In this document: positions 50,470 to 63,598 of the stretch, piece by piece
Numbering within the stretch: position 1 is the first letter of the stretch
Layout of the letters: the number at the start of each line of letters is the position of its first letter
Assembly: GCF_000006765.1 (NCBI RefSeq)
Contig: NC_002516.2
Reading direction: 5' to 3' (one strand)
Source of the DNA: Pseudomonas aeruginosa PAO1
GTDB lineage: Bacteria; Pseudomonadota; Gammaproteobacteria; Pseudomonadales; Pseudomonadaceae
DNA length: 64,000 bases
Translations under genes and position numbers: made by a program
Notes under the pieces: model-generated
Told to the model about the DNA's origin: nothing
The model's database searches: none
What the model saw: the letters and a program-made list of their open reading frames with translations, nothing else

Positions 50470-51498
50470 TCAGTGGCTGTAGTGCCGGGTGGCGGCGAAG
50501 CGGTTGAGGAACAGGTGGATCACCAGCACCGTCATCAACGTGATCAGCACCGCGAAGCACACCGAGGTAAATCGGTAGAGCACGCTGTACATCATGTCGT
50601 GGGTTGGCGTCAGGTACTGGCCGAGGACGATCGCCAGGGTGGTCAGCGCGCCGAAACCGATCCCCGGTACGCCGTTCTCCAGCATGTGGATGCGCGCGCA
50701 GAACATCGCCGAGATCCACAGCAACAGGGCGACGAAGGGCAGGATGTCGTAGTGATCGTAGAGCAGCACCTGCAAGCCCACCGCCAGCGCACAGCCGAGC
50801 AGCGTACCGAGGGCGCGGATGCGCCCGGCGAAGTGCACGCCCTTCCAGTGCATGGGAAACAACACCAGGATCGAGGCGATCTGCGCCGACAGCGAGTCCT
50901 TCAGGTCGAAGGTCTGGAAGACCACGAAGGACAGGGTCGCCACCGTGGCCCCGAGCAGCGTCTCGTGGCGCCGGCTGGGGGCGTCCTTGGCCGGCGCCTG
51001 GCGCGGCGACCGCGGTTCGACGTCGGGGAACAGGTAGAACATCAGCACGGCGATGGCCACCGTCAGCCAGGTGGCGACCATGTTGCTGGCGAGCATGTCG
51101 AACAGATCGACGTCCGGATAGCTGGCAAAGTGCAGCAGCATCGAGAGGAACACCGAACTCAGTGCGCCGAAGAAGAACAGCGGGCCGCGCGCCATCAGGG
51201 CGAAGCGGTAGACGAAGAGGCCGAAGACGATAGGCGTCATCAGCAGCGGCCGGTCGCCGAACAACCCGTACAGCACCAGTACCTCGACGCTGATCACCAC
51301 CGAGTTAGCGAGGAACTGGCGGACGATGTGCAGGTTGATCACCGGCGTCAGGCCGAGCAGCAGCATCGGGTAGACGCCGAAGAACGAGCCGTAGTCCCAG
51401 TTCATCAGCTTGCAGACGAAGAACCCCAGGGTGCCGCCGCCGGCGATGCGCAGGCACTGACGCAGGTCGTTGGCGGACATCGCGAGCTTGGCCGGCAT
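50470..51498 (-). CDS. DUF2955/FUSC-like inner membrane protein
   Basis: Multi-TM 342 aa ORF, coupled to the HlyD-like gene. Confidence 0.75.
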   Translation of the reverse strand: MPAKLAMSANDLRQCLRIAGGGTLGFFVCKLMNWDYGSFFGVYPMLLLGLTPVINLHIVRQFLANSVVISVEVLVLYGLFGDRPLLMTPIVFGLFVYRFALMARGPLFFFGALSSVFLSMLLHFASYPDVDLFDMLASNMVATWLTVAIAVLMFYLFPDVEPRSPRQAPAKDAPSRRHETLLGATVATLSFVVFQTFDLKDSLSAQIASILVLFPMHWKGVHFAGRIRALGTLLGCALAVGLQVLLYDHYDILPFVALLLWISAMFCARIHMLENGVPGIGFGALTTLAIVLGQYLTPTHDMMYSVLYRFTSVCFAVLITLMTVLVIHLFLNRFAATRHYSH

Positions 51499-51502
51499 GG
51501 CG

Positions 51503-52561
51503 TCAGTAGACGTAGTGCAGCAGGCTGATGGCGACGATCTGCGCGCGACCGAGCAGATGGCTCAGGCCGTCGCCGGGATAGAGCTGCACGGTGGCCTTGG
51601 CACCGGTGGGCAGCAGGCCTTCGGGAAGTTCGTCGAGCACCACGTGCAGGCGCTGGCGCTGGGCGTCGCGGACCCAGCGGTCGGAGGTGACCGGCGCGGC
51701 GAGGTCGCCGTTGGCGTCCAGCTGGCCCTCCTTGACCCCGGCGTCGATGGCCGCCACTCGCGCGCCGAACACTTCGCCGGGACGCGCGTCGAACACCACC
51801 GCCGCACGGTCGCCAGGGCGCACGTAGCGCAGCGATTTCTCGCGGAAGTCGGCGACGATGTCGATACGGTCGTCCACCAGCGCCGCCACCGGCGTTCCGG
51901 CCGGAACGTAGGTGCCCGGGGTCAGTTGCAGGTTGCTCAGGGTCCCGGCGCGGTCGGCCCGGACGCTGCTGTATTGCAGTTGCAGACGAGCCTGGGCCAG
52001 GGCATTGCGCGCCTGGCGCAGGCGCAGGTTGTCCTCGCCGGCCGTGCCGCGTCGCGCGGTCAGCTCGCCGATCCGCGCCTGGGCCGCGGCGACCCGGGCA
52101 CGGGCGGCCTGGGCCTGGGCGCTGACCTGCTCGTGCATCTGCTGCGACACATGGTGGCGCTGCACCAGTTGGGCGGTGCGGCGCGCCTCGCTGTCCAGCT
52201 CGCCGGCGCTGCTGCGCGCGGCCAGGAGGTCGGCCTTGGCCGAGGCGATGGCGGCATCCAGCTCGCGGTTGGTGCGCTCGGCTTCCTCCAGTGCCAGTTC
52301 GGCCTGGCGCACGGCCAGTCGGAAAGGCTCGGGATCGAGGCGGAACAATACTTCGCCGGGCTGCACGTGGCCGTTGTTGGACACCAGCACCTCGGCGACC
52401 TGACCGCTGACACGCGGCGCGACGCGCACCACCGGCCGGGTCAACTGGGCCTGCGGGGTGAGCGGCATCCACAGGTCGGCGACCAGGAAGTAGACGAACA
52501 GCAACACGAATACCGCGATAGCGACTTGAACCCAACGGGCAAATCGTTGATCGGGAGTCAT
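51503..52561 (-). CDS. HlyD/EmrA family membrane fusion protein
   Basis: N-terminal TM, APRVSGQV, lipoyl-like halves and a coiled coil; ATG 52561. Confidence 0.88.
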   Translation of the reverse strand: MTPDQRFARWVQVAIAVFVLLFVYFLVADLWMPLTPQAQLTRPVVRVAPRVSGQVAEVLVSNNGHVQPGEVLFRLDPEPFRLAVRQAELALEEAERTNRELDAAIASAKADLLAARSSAGELDSEARRTAQLVQRHHVSQQMHEQVSAQAQAARARVAAAQARIGELTARRGTAGEDNLRLRQARNALAQARLQLQYSSVRADRAGTLSNLQLTPGTYVPAGTPVAALVDDRIDIVADFREKSLRYVRPGDRAAVVFDARPGEVFGARVAAIDAGVKEGQLDANGDLAAPVTSDRWVRDAQRQRLHVVLDELPEGLLPTGAKATVQLYPGDGLSHLLGRAQIVAISLLHYVY

Positions 52562-52852
52562 AGGGTACGAGCCTCGAATCCAGCGGGAATGCAGTCGCCG
52601 CAGCGGGGCCTGAATGCGGGGGTTGGCGCGGCCGGGATGGAACCGGCGACCCGGACGACGGCCAGTGGGTAGCCGTCGCCGCTGCGGCGACCAGGTGACG
52701 CAGTATATTTCGAGACAATCGCCCCTGGCCTGCCGGCATCGGCAATAGATCGTTACAGACAGCGTAACAATCGAACGAGCCGGCACGGCAGGCCGCTGCC
52801 GCAGTCCGGCACCGGGCCATGCATCGCCAGTGCCAGGACACCCCTGTAGCCC

Positions 52853-52872
52853 TCCTGCGAACTCTAGCAGTG
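52853..52872. promoter_or_regulatory. las/rhl box upstream of lecB, TCCTGCGAACTCTAGCAGTG
   Basis: NNCT-N12-AGNN with CTGC/GCAG symmetry; lecB is known to depend on RhlR. Confidence 0.6.
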
Positions 52873-53028
52873 GTCGCGCCCGGTCGACGGCGTAGATTGG
52901 CTGAACGATGCGTCCTTCCTGCCTGCGCATCGCCTGCCGCCAAGGACTGCGGATTTCTCCCGACACGCCATACCGCGCGCCAGACGGCTGCCTGAAAAGG
53001 CAGGCCAGGTATTCAGTGGAGATACACC

Positions 53029-53376
53029 ATGGCAACACAAGGAGTGTTCACCCTTCCCGCCAACACCCGGTTCGGCGTCACCGCCTTCGCCAACTCGTCC
53101 GGAACCCAGACGGTGAACGTGCTGGTCAACAACGAGACGGCCGCGACCTTCAGCGGGCAAAGCACCAATAACGCCGTCATCGGCACCCAGGTGCTCAACT
53201 CCGGCAGCAGTGGCAAGGTACAGGTCCAGGTCAGCGTCAACGGCCGCCCCTCGGATCTGGTCTCGGCACAGGTAATCCTGACCAACGAGCTGAACTTCGC
53301 CCTGGTCGGCTCTGAAGACGGCACCGACAACGACTACAACGACGCCGTCGTGGTGATCAACTGGCCGCTCGGCTAG
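53029..53376 (+). CDS. lecB: Fucose-binding lectin LecB (PA-IIL)
   Basis: Recognised sequence ATQGVFTLPANTRFG...GSEDGTDNDYNDAVVVINWPLG. Confidence 0.98.
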   Translation: MATQGVFTLPANTRFGVTAFANSSGTQTVNVLVNNETAATFSGQSTNNAVIGTQVLNSGSSGKVQVQVSVNGRPSDLVSAQVILTNELNFALVGSEDGTDNDYNDAVVVINWPLG

Positions 53377-53391
53377 GAGTTCGGAAGGGAC

Positions 53392-53415
53392 GGGATGGCG
53401 GCAAGCCGCCATCCC
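53392..53415 (+). terminator. Intrinsic terminator between convergent lecB and amiS
   Basis: GGGATGGCGGC-AA-GCCGCCATCCC followed by TTT. Confidence 0.75.
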
Positions 53416-53429
53416 TTTCCGACTTCCTG

Positions 53430-53948
53430 CTATGCCTTGAGCACCTGCCCGAGCAGCAGCAGGCCGGGCAACCAGGCGGTGAATATGGCGCTGGCCAGGG
53501 TCAGGTAGGCCACCGGCTTCTGGATGCTGCGGGACAGCCCCAGCAGCAGGAAGAAACAGAACCAGAGCAACGCCCAGACTGTCCAGTTGACCGCGTTCCA
53601 CAGGCCGAACGGACCACTGGCGCCGGCGAACGACTCGATCGCCACGGTGCAGGCGGTGAGGCTGACGAACAGGCAGAACCAGCCGAGGCCCTTGCCGTCC
53701 ACCTCGAGGAACTGGTTGGCGGCCACCCACAGATAGGTAAAAGCGAATAGCAGGGTTAGCGCTCCGGCCTTCAGCGAGCCCTGCCCGGCTGCTGCGGAAA
53801 AGATCAGGTAGAACGCGACGCAGGCGCTCAGCACGCCGACCAGGAAGTTGATCACCGCCACCTCCCGACCGCTGATCTTGCCCAGCAACCAGACGGCATT
53901 GAGAAACAGCACCGCGCCAACGTACAGCAGAACCAGTCCCAGCATCAT
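53430..53948 (-). CDS. amiS: AmiS/UreI family amide transporter
   Basis: Six TM segments; LLFAFTYLW and GLGWFCLFV motifs. Confidence 0.93.
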
Positions 53949-53990
53949 GACGATACCCCTCTTGTTATTGTTCTGGTCGGCCCGGATCGC

Positions 53991-56876
<2,886 letters not shown>

Positions 56877-56916
56877 GGATGAAACTCCTTCTGCCACAGG
56901 GGGAAATGGCGGAGAC

Positions 56917-56939
56917 GGCGTGCCGCACGACGGCACGCC
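56917..56939 (-). terminator. Hairpin between amiE and amiB
   Basis: GGCGTGCCG-N5-CGGCACGCC perfect 9-bp stem, no clear U tract. Confidence 0.5.
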
Positions 56940-56958
56940 GGGCTGGCGGCGTCTGCCG

Positions 56959-58017
<1,059 letters not shown>

Positions 58018-58033
58018 TTATTTTTTCGGGACG

Positions 58034-58068
58034 AAAAAAGGCCCTCCCGGGTAACCCCGGGAGAGCCC
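58034..58068 (-). terminator. AmiR-controlled attenuator terminator in the amiE leader
   Basis: Minus strand GGGCTCTCCCGGGGTTACCCGGGAGGGCCTTTTTT. Confidence 0.85.
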
Positions 58069-58135
58069 ATTTGCTCTGTACGTATGCGTTAGGTTCGGTC
58101 CCGCGACATCGACGCTGATGCGCACGACCTGATGG
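58034..58135 (-). ncRNA. amiL: amiE leader RNA / AmiL sRNA (ends approximate)
   Basis: Lies between the sigma70-like promoter and the attenuator; a known leader transcript. Confidence 0.65.
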
Positions 58136-58140
58136 CGCCA

Positions 58141-58170
58141 CTTATAAGCCCCGTCGGAAGGAGCTGTCAA
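58141..58170 (-). promoter_or_regulatory. sigma70-type promoter of the ami operon (TTGACA...TATAAG)
   Basis: TTGACA at 58170-58165 and TATAAG at 58146-58141 on the minus strand. Confidence 0.7.
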
Positions 58171-58265
58171 GGCTCGGGCAAGGCCATGTAATCGGCGCGC
58201 TCGCGAAAGCGCACGGCGCGCGCCTGAGATAGCATGCAGCCATCATTCGCACGGAAGCTTCGCCA

Positions 58266-58604
58266 ATGAAATTCGGACTCTTCGCCTCGATCGCCCTCTT
58301 CCTCCTGTCGGTCTGCGCACTTCCGGCGCTGGCCGCCAATAGCCCCTGCTCGGGAAAGAAAGGCGGTATCGCCGGTTGCGACGGCGATATCTTCCTCTGC
58401 AACGACGGCTCCATCAGCGCCTCGAAGCGCAGTTGCGCGGCCTACTTCGGCAACGCCGGCGGACGTACCGGACAACCCGCCGTACAGCGTCTGCAAGGCA
58501 CGACGCAGGGCTGTGCCTGTGGCAGCGGCTCGTTCTGCACGGGCCCGCGCGGAGGGGTGTACTGCCTGACGCCGGGCGGCAAGAAAAGCTATCGGAGAAA
58601 GTGA
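58266..58604 (+). CDS. Small exported Cys-rich protein, 112 aa
   Basis: Signal peptide ending ALA-A; two Cys clusters; C-terminal CTGPRGGVYC..GGKKSY. Confidence 0.8.
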   Translation: MKFGLFASIALFLLSVCALPALAANSPCSGKKGGIAGCDGDIFLCNDGSISASKRSCAAYFGNAGGRTGQPAVQRLQGTTQGCACGSGSFCTGPRGGVYCLTPGGKKSYRRK

Positions 58605-58654
58605 CGGCAAGCGGACTGTCGAAGCGGAGAGGGAAGCTGGAGCAGAGCATGAAA

Positions 58655-58731
58655 TGGCGTCCCGGAGAGGGGTCGAACCTCCAACCTTCCCCTTAGGAGG
58701 GGGATGCTCTATCCAATTGAGCTACCGGGAC
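58655..58731 (-). tRNA. tRNA-Arg (anticodon CCT)
   Basis: Minus strand GTCCCGGTAGCTCAATTGGATAGAGCATCCCCCTCCTAAGGGGAAGGTTGGAGGTTCGACCCCTCTCCGGGACGCCA; cloverleaf, 77 nt, encoded CCA. Confidence 0.95.
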
Positions 58732-58850
58732 ACGCCGGACATGGCGAGCGGTGCGCCGCGTCCGGGCGGCATGTTAACGGCAGAGAAAGCGTTTGTCATG
58801 CCACTGCCACCAAGGCTGCGCATAATTTTCCGCAACCCTGGAGGTGCAGC

Positions 58851-59369
58851 ATGAACCAGACCGTCGCCATTCCCGCCGCACAGGACCTGCCGGACGCCCC
58901 GCGCCAGCCGCGGATACCGGACTCCCCCTTCGCCAGCTTCGACGTGCGGATCGCCAGCGAGCACGACGCGCCGCGCCTGTCGTTGCTGCTACAGCAACTC
59001 GGTAGCGCCGATCCGCGCCCGGACCCGGCGTTGCTGGCCATCCAGCTGCAACGACCGCGCGGCGACCGGGTCACCCTGGTGGCCGAGCGCGGCGAGCGCC
59101 TGCTCGGCACCTGCACCCTGCATCTGATCGAACACCTGGCGCACGATTTCGCCCGCTCGGCGATTCTCGAAGACATGGTGGTCGACCGCCACGCCCGCGG
59201 GCAGGGCGTAGGCCGCGAACTGATCGGCCGGGCCGTGGAGCGCGCGCGCAGTTGGGGCTGCTACAAACTGGCGCTTTCCAGCCACCAGGACCGGGAAACC
59301 GCGCAGCGCTTCTATGCCGCGCTAGGGTTCACCAGCCACGGCGTAAGCCTGGCGCTGCATCTGGGCTGA
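58851..59369 (+). CDS. GNAT family acetyltransferase
   Basis: VVDRHARGQGVG acetyl-CoA motif and AQRFYAALGF; GGAGG RBS before ATG 58851. Confidence 0.88.
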   Translation: MNQTVAIPAAQDLPDAPRQPRIPDSPFASFDVRIASEHDAPRLSLLLQQLGSADPRPDPALLAIQLQRPRGDRVTLVAERGERLLGTCTLHLIEHLAHDFARSAILEDMVVDRHARGQGVGRELIGRAVERARSWGCYKLALSSHQDRETAQRFYAALGFTSHGVSLALHLG

Positions 59370-59444
59370 CATCATCATGCATTTTGCAACCGGTAAAATG
59401 CCCAACCGTGCAAAGTGCATGTGAGAGAGTCTCAGGCACATATA

Positions 59445-59457
59445 TAATTCATTGATT
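59445..59457 (-). promoter_or_regulatory. IHF site AATCAA-TGAA-TTA
   Basis: Exact match to WATCAA-N4-TTR in an AT-rich tract. Confidence 0.6.
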
Positions 59458-59483
59458 TAAAAGGATTTTTTATAGAAAAAAGT

Positions 59484-59499
59484 TGGCACAGCCGCTGCT
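59484..59499 (+). promoter_or_regulatory. sigma54 promoter candidate TGGCAC-AGCCG-CTGCT
   Basis: GG-N10-GC spacing, one mismatch from TGGCAC-N5-TTGCW. Confidence 0.6.
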
Positions 59500-59561
59500 A
59501 CAAGACCCTCAGGATCAAACCTTGGCCATCTGCCTGGCAAAGCTACGAAATGGAGGTGAAC

Positions 59562-59840
59562 ATGAGCAGCTCACGCAACCTGGTCGGCACCGGACTTCTT
59601 TCCCTGCTGGCTCTCGTAGTCTTCCAGAACAGCGCACTGGGCGACGAGGACAGGACGCAGGAACGCAACGGCGAAAGGCCGGTAGTGCTGGACAGCAACG
59701 CAACGCCGCAGTGGGCACCCGCTGCGCAACAACTGGTGATCCAGGCGCCCGACGAATCCCCGCGCATCGTCACCGTAGGCGAGGACGAGCGCGGCACGGC
59801 GCTGGTGACCGCGGCCGACGAACAGGCCTGGACATTCTGA
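59562..59840 (+). CDS. Small exported acidic protein, 92 aa (PA3369-like)
   Basis: GGAGG RBS; signal peptide ending ALG-D. Confidence 0.78.
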   Translation: MSSSRNLVGTGLLSLLALVVFQNSALGDEDRTQERNGERPVVLDSNATPQWAPAAQQLVIQAPDESPRIVTVGEDERGTALVTAADEQAWTF

Positions 59841-59929
59841 CGAAGCAAGCGCCGGGAGACCGGCATCCAACGACGCTACACCGCCGCACAGGTCCCCGGG
59901 ATGCTGGCGAGCGGAAAGGGAGAAAGAAC

Positions 59930-60076
59930 ATGTGGATCCTGGCTTTGCCGCTGACCGCCCTGGCCCTTTCGGTCGGCGTCTACGGGCTGCTCTGGCTGAT
60001 AGAGCGCGGAGGAGACGAATATCCAGCGAAGCTTCCGCTGAGCGACAAGGGCGCCACGGAACCTCGGCGCCACTGA
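59930..60076 (+). CDS. 48 aa single-pass membrane protein (PA3370-like)
   Basis: GGGAG RBS; MWILALPLTALALSVGVYGLLWLI hydrophobic helix. Confidence 0.65.
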   Translation: MWILALPLTALALSVGVYGLLWLIERGGDEYPAKLPLSDKGATEPRRH

Positions 60077-60127
60077 GCCGGCACAAGGAACAGCGAGCCC
60101 GACGGAGAGGGCTCCGGGAGTGAAACC

Positions 60128-60313
60128 ATGTCACGATCCGCCGTCATTCTTCTGTTCGTAGTGATCGCCAGCGCGATCCTGGCGCTGAGCCTGCCGCCCG
60201 AGGCCACCCTCCTCGCCTGGTGCGCCTGGGGACTGCTGGGCATATCCGGCGCCTGGCTGCTGTTTGCGCTGGTGGTAGGTCGGCGAATCCGCTTCGATCC
60301 CAGCCTGGACTAA
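60128..60313 (+). CDS. 61 aa two-TM membrane protein (PA3371-like)
   Basis: GGGAG RBS; two hydrophobic helices. Confidence 0.7.
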   Translation: MSRSAVILLFVVIASAILALSLPPEATLLAWCAWGLLGISGAWLLFALVVGRRIRFDPSLD

Positions 60314-60361
60314 TTTCGCCCACAACGCCCCACAACGCCTTGCCGGGCGCTACAGCGTCGC

Positions 60362-61132
60362 TCACAGCGGCAGGCACATCCCGTCGTGTGCCAGTTCCAC
60401 CCCCTCGGGCAACGCAGCGGGGTGGTCCAGCAGCCAGGCGTCCACCGCATGCCCGACGTGAGTCAACACGGCCCGCCGGGGACGCAGCGATTCGATGCAC
60501 TCCAATGCCCGCGTCAGGTCGTTGTGGTTGCGCGGCGGCCGCTCCTGCGGCGGCATCGAGCAGTCCAGCACCAGCAGGTCCAGCGGCGCCGCGAGCAATC
60601 GCGAGGCGCTGTCCGCCGGCAGCCCGACGGTATCGGTGAGGTAGGCCAGACGCCGTATCGTTCCCTCCTCGGAAGCCCCCTCCAGCAAGTAGCCGAAGGT
60701 CGGCTTCGAGTGGACCAGCGGTAGCGCGGTCGCCGCCAACGCGCCCCACTGGCGCCGCTCGAAGGCGCCGAAGGGCTGGCTGAAATCGAGGATGCCCGGA
60801 TGCTTGTAGAGGTCGGCGAGGCCCTCCGGGTCGGCCGGGCCGTGCACCGGGATCACCAGGCCCTGGCCCCAGCGCAGGTGCAGCAGGCCTTGGGCGTGGT
60901 CGGCGTGGTAATGGGTCTGGAGGATGCCGTCGAGGCTATGGGGCGGGAAGCGCTCACAGAGATCGACCAGGCCGCTGTCGATCAGCCAGCGCTGGCCGGC
61001 GCACTCCAGCAGCGCGCTACAGGGACGGCGACGCAGGCCGGCGTCGGCGCGGGCGTTGCGACAGGCCGGGCAATCGCAACCGTAGACCGGCACCTGGCGG
61101 GCGTCGCCGGTGCCGAGCAGGGTCAGGCGCAT
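60362..61132 (-). CDS. phnP: Phosphoribosyl cyclic phosphodiesterase PhnP
   Basis: THYHADH metallo-beta-lactamase motif, C.CPAC, HSK and THVGH motifs. Confidence 0.93.
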   Translation of the reverse strand: MRLTLLGTGDARQVPVYGCDCPACRNARADAGLRRRPCSALLECAGQRWLIDSGLVDLCERFPPHSLDGILQTHYHADHAQGLLHLRWGQGLVIPVHGPADPEGLADLYKHPGILDFSQPFGAFERRQWGALAATALPLVHSKPTFGYLLEGASEEGTIRRLAYLTDTVGLPADSASRLLAAPLDLLVLDCSMPPQERPPRNHNDLTRALECIESLRPRRAVLTHVGHAVDAWLLDHPAALPEGVELAHDGMCLPL

Positions 61133-61680
61133 GCGCGGTCGCTGCCGAGACGGGCCAGGAGGCTGCGTAGCGTGTCGTCGAGGTCACCGGAGTTGTCCAG
61201 TTGGAACAGCGGGCCCTCCAGGCCGGCGGCGAACTCGGCGTTACGCGCCAGGCGCGCCTCGATTTCCTCGGGGCTTTCCCGGCCGCGCGCCAGCAGGCGC
61301 TGGCGCAGCACCTCGGGTTTCACCCCGAGCAGGACCGCGAGCAGATCCGGATAGCGCCGGCGGGCCTGCGCCAGGTAGCCGCGCGAGCCGTTCACCAGCA
61401 CGTCGTAGCCCTGCGCCAGCCACTCGTCGATCTGCACCGGAATGCCATAGCAAAGGCCGTTGGCGCGCCAGCTCATGGCGAACGCCGAGGCCCGCTCGAG
61501 GGTGTCGAACTGCGCCGGGGTCACCGCCTGGGCGTCCTCCCCCACCGCTTCCGCGGAGCGCGTGATCACCCGCCGCACGATACGGCAGCCGCGCAGCGCC
61601 AGGGGCTCGCGCGCGGCCTGCAACAGGCTGTCCTTGCCCGAGCCGGAAGGCCCCATCAGATAAATCAGTCTGCCTGTCAT
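61123..61680 (-). CDS. phnN: Ribose 1,5-bisphosphokinase PhnN
   Basis: GPSGSGKD P-loop; NGSR and RGRE motifs. Confidence 0.93.
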   Translation of the reverse strand: MTGRLIYLMGPSGSGKDSLLQAAREPLALRGCRIVRRVITRSAEAVGEDAQAVTPAQFDTLERASAFAMSWRANGLCYGIPVQIDEWLAQGYDVLVNGSRGYLAQARRRYPDLLAVLLGVKPEVLRQRLLARGRESPEEIEARLARNAEFAAGLEGPLFQLDNSGDLDDTLRSLLARLGSDRACA

Positions 61681-62843
61681 CAGAACACTCTCTGCCCGCC
61701 GCGCCAGACTTGACGCACCACCGGCTGGTTGTTGCCGAGCGCCCGCGCCTGCAGCAGATCGGCGCGCAGGCCGACGCGGATTTCGCCACGATCGGTCAGC
61801 CCGGCGGCCAGCGCCGGGGTACGGCTGACCATCGCCACCGCGCGCGGCAGGTCGTAACGGATCGCATCATACTCGCTGTGCTCGCCGGCGAGCAGCAAGG
61901 CCGCATGCAGCAGGCTGGCCGGATAGTAGTCGCTGGAAAGGATATCCAGCACGCCGATTCCCGCCAGTTGCGCCGCCGCCACGTTGCCCGAGTGGGAACC
62001 GCCGCGGACCACGTTGGGCGCGCCCATCAGCACCTGCAGGCCGTGCTCGTGGCTGGCCCTGGCGGCCTCCACGGTGGTCGGGAACTCGGCGATGGCCATG
62101 CCGTAGCCGGCCGACTCGCGGACATGCGCGAGGGTCGCGTCGTCATGGCTGGCCACCGACAGGCCGCGTCCCTGGCAGACATCGACGATGGCCGCACGGG
62201 CGGCGTCGCTGTAGCGCTCGGAGTTGGCTACCTGCTCGACGATGAAGGCGTCCATCTCGGCATCGCTCAGGTGGTACTTGCCCTGGTAGTACTCGCGGTA
62301 CTTCTCCAGCCTGGCGAACTGGCGCTGGCCGGGGGCGTGGTCCATCACCGAGACCAGTTGCACCAGCGGATGCTCGACCAGTTCGCGGAACACCTCCAGC
62401 GTCTGCGGATGGCTGACCTCACAACGCAGGTGCAGGCGATGGTCGGCGCGCGCGTCGCCGCTGGCGGCGGCCTCGCCGATGGCCTCGAGCATCTTCGGCA
62501 ACTGCTGCATGCGCTTGCCCTTGGGGTTGACGTCGCCGATGGACAGTGCGTCGAACACCGTGGTGATCCCCGCGGAGACGATCTGCGCGTCGTGCGCCAG
62601 CACCGCCGAGGCCGACGGCCAGTCGACGCCGGGACGCGGGGTCATGTGCTTCTCCAGGTTGTCGGTGTGCAGCTCGACCAGGCCGGGCAGGAGGTAGTCG
62701 CCCCCCAGGTCCTCGGCCCCGGCCAGGTGACTGCGGCCTTCGTCGACCGCGGCGATCAGGCCGTCGCGCAGCAGCACGCTGCCGACGAAGACCCGCTCGG
62801 CGCTGACTACCCGGGCATTGCTGAGAACGCGTTCAGACGACAT
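61680..62843 (-). CDS. phnM: Alpha-D-ribose 1-methylphosphonate 5-triphosphate diphosphatase PhnM
   Basis: [27 protein letters not shown] and SSDYYP motifs. Confidence 0.94.
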   Translation of the reverse strand: MSSERVLSNARVVSAERVFVGSVLLRDGLIAAVDEGRSHLAGAEDLGGDYLLPGLVELHTDNLEKHMTPRPGVDWPSASAVLAHDAQIVSAGITTVFDALSIGDVNPKGKRMQQLPKMLEAIGEAAASGDARADHRLHLRCEVSHPQTLEVFRELVEHPLVQLVSVMDHAPGQRQFARLEKYREYYQGKYHLSDAEMDAFIVEQVANSERYSDAARAAIVDVCQGRGLSVASHDDATLAHVRESAGYGMAIAEFPTTVEAARASHEHGLQVLMGAPNVVRGGSHSGNVAAAQLAGIGVLDILSSDYYPASLLHAALLLAGEHSEYDAIRYDLPRAVAMVSRTPALAAGLTDRGEIRVGLRADLLQARALGNNQPVVRQVWRGGQRVF

Positions 62844-63549
62844 GGGCTTGCTCCTGGCGGGAAAGCTCCTGGCTCATGTCCAGGTAGCGGCTGGCCACCG
62901 CCTCGCGGGCGGCGCGGTCGTGGAAGATGCCGATCAACGCGGCGCCGGCGGCCTTGGCTTCGCCGATCAGCTCCAGCACTACCTGGCGGTTGGCTTCGTC
63001 GAGGGAGGCGGTCGGCTCGTCGAGCAGCAGGATCGGCCACTCGACCATGAAGCCGCGGGCAATGTTGACGCGTTGCTGCTCGCCGCCGGAAAAGGTGCCC
63101 GGCGCCAGTTGCCAGAGGCGTTCCGGGATGTTCAGCCGGGCCAGCAGGCTGCGCGCCCGCAGTTCGGCGCTGTCGCGGCTCCAGCCACGGGCCAGGGCCG
63201 GCTCCATGACCACGTCGAGGGTCGCCACCCGCGGGATCACCCGCAGGAACTGGCTGACGTAGCCGAGGGTCTGGCGGCGCACGGCGAGCACCTCGCGAGG
63301 CTCGGCGCCGACCAGTTCCAGCCAGTCGCCGGCGTGGCGCAGGCGGATGCTGCCGCCGGCCGGCAGGTAGTTGCCGTAGAGCGTGCGCAGCAGGGTGCTC
63401 TTGCCGGCGCCGGAGCGTCCGTGGAGCACCAGGCATTCGCCGCCGGCGACATTGAAGTTGAGCCCGCGCAGCACATTGAGCACTACGCCCTGTTGCTGGT
63501 GCAGGGTGAAGGTCTTGCTGAGGTCGCGGACCTCGATCAGGTTGTTCAT
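62833..63549 (-). CDS. phnL: C-P lyase system ATPase PhnL
   Basis: [18 protein letters not shown] and DEPT motifs. Confidence 0.93.
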   Translation of the reverse strand: MNNLIEVRDLSKTFTLHQQQGVVLNVLRGLNFNVAGGECLVLHGRSGAGKSTLLRTLYGNYLPAGGSIRLRHAGDWLELVGAEPREVLAVRRQTLGYVSQFLRVIPRVATLDVVMEPALARGWSRDSAELRARSLLARLNIPERLWQLAPGTFSGGEQQRVNIARGFMVEWPILLLDEPTASLDEANRQVVLELIGEAKAAGAALIGIFHDRAAREAVASRYLDMSQELSRQEQAHVV

Positions 63550-63598
63550 CGCTACTTCTCCGGGCGCCCGTCGCGCGGACCGGCGCCGACGCTTCGGC

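Noticed and set aside
60317-60340. Short direct repeat CACAACGCC x2
   Set aside because: Only two 9-bp copies, likely chance or slippage.
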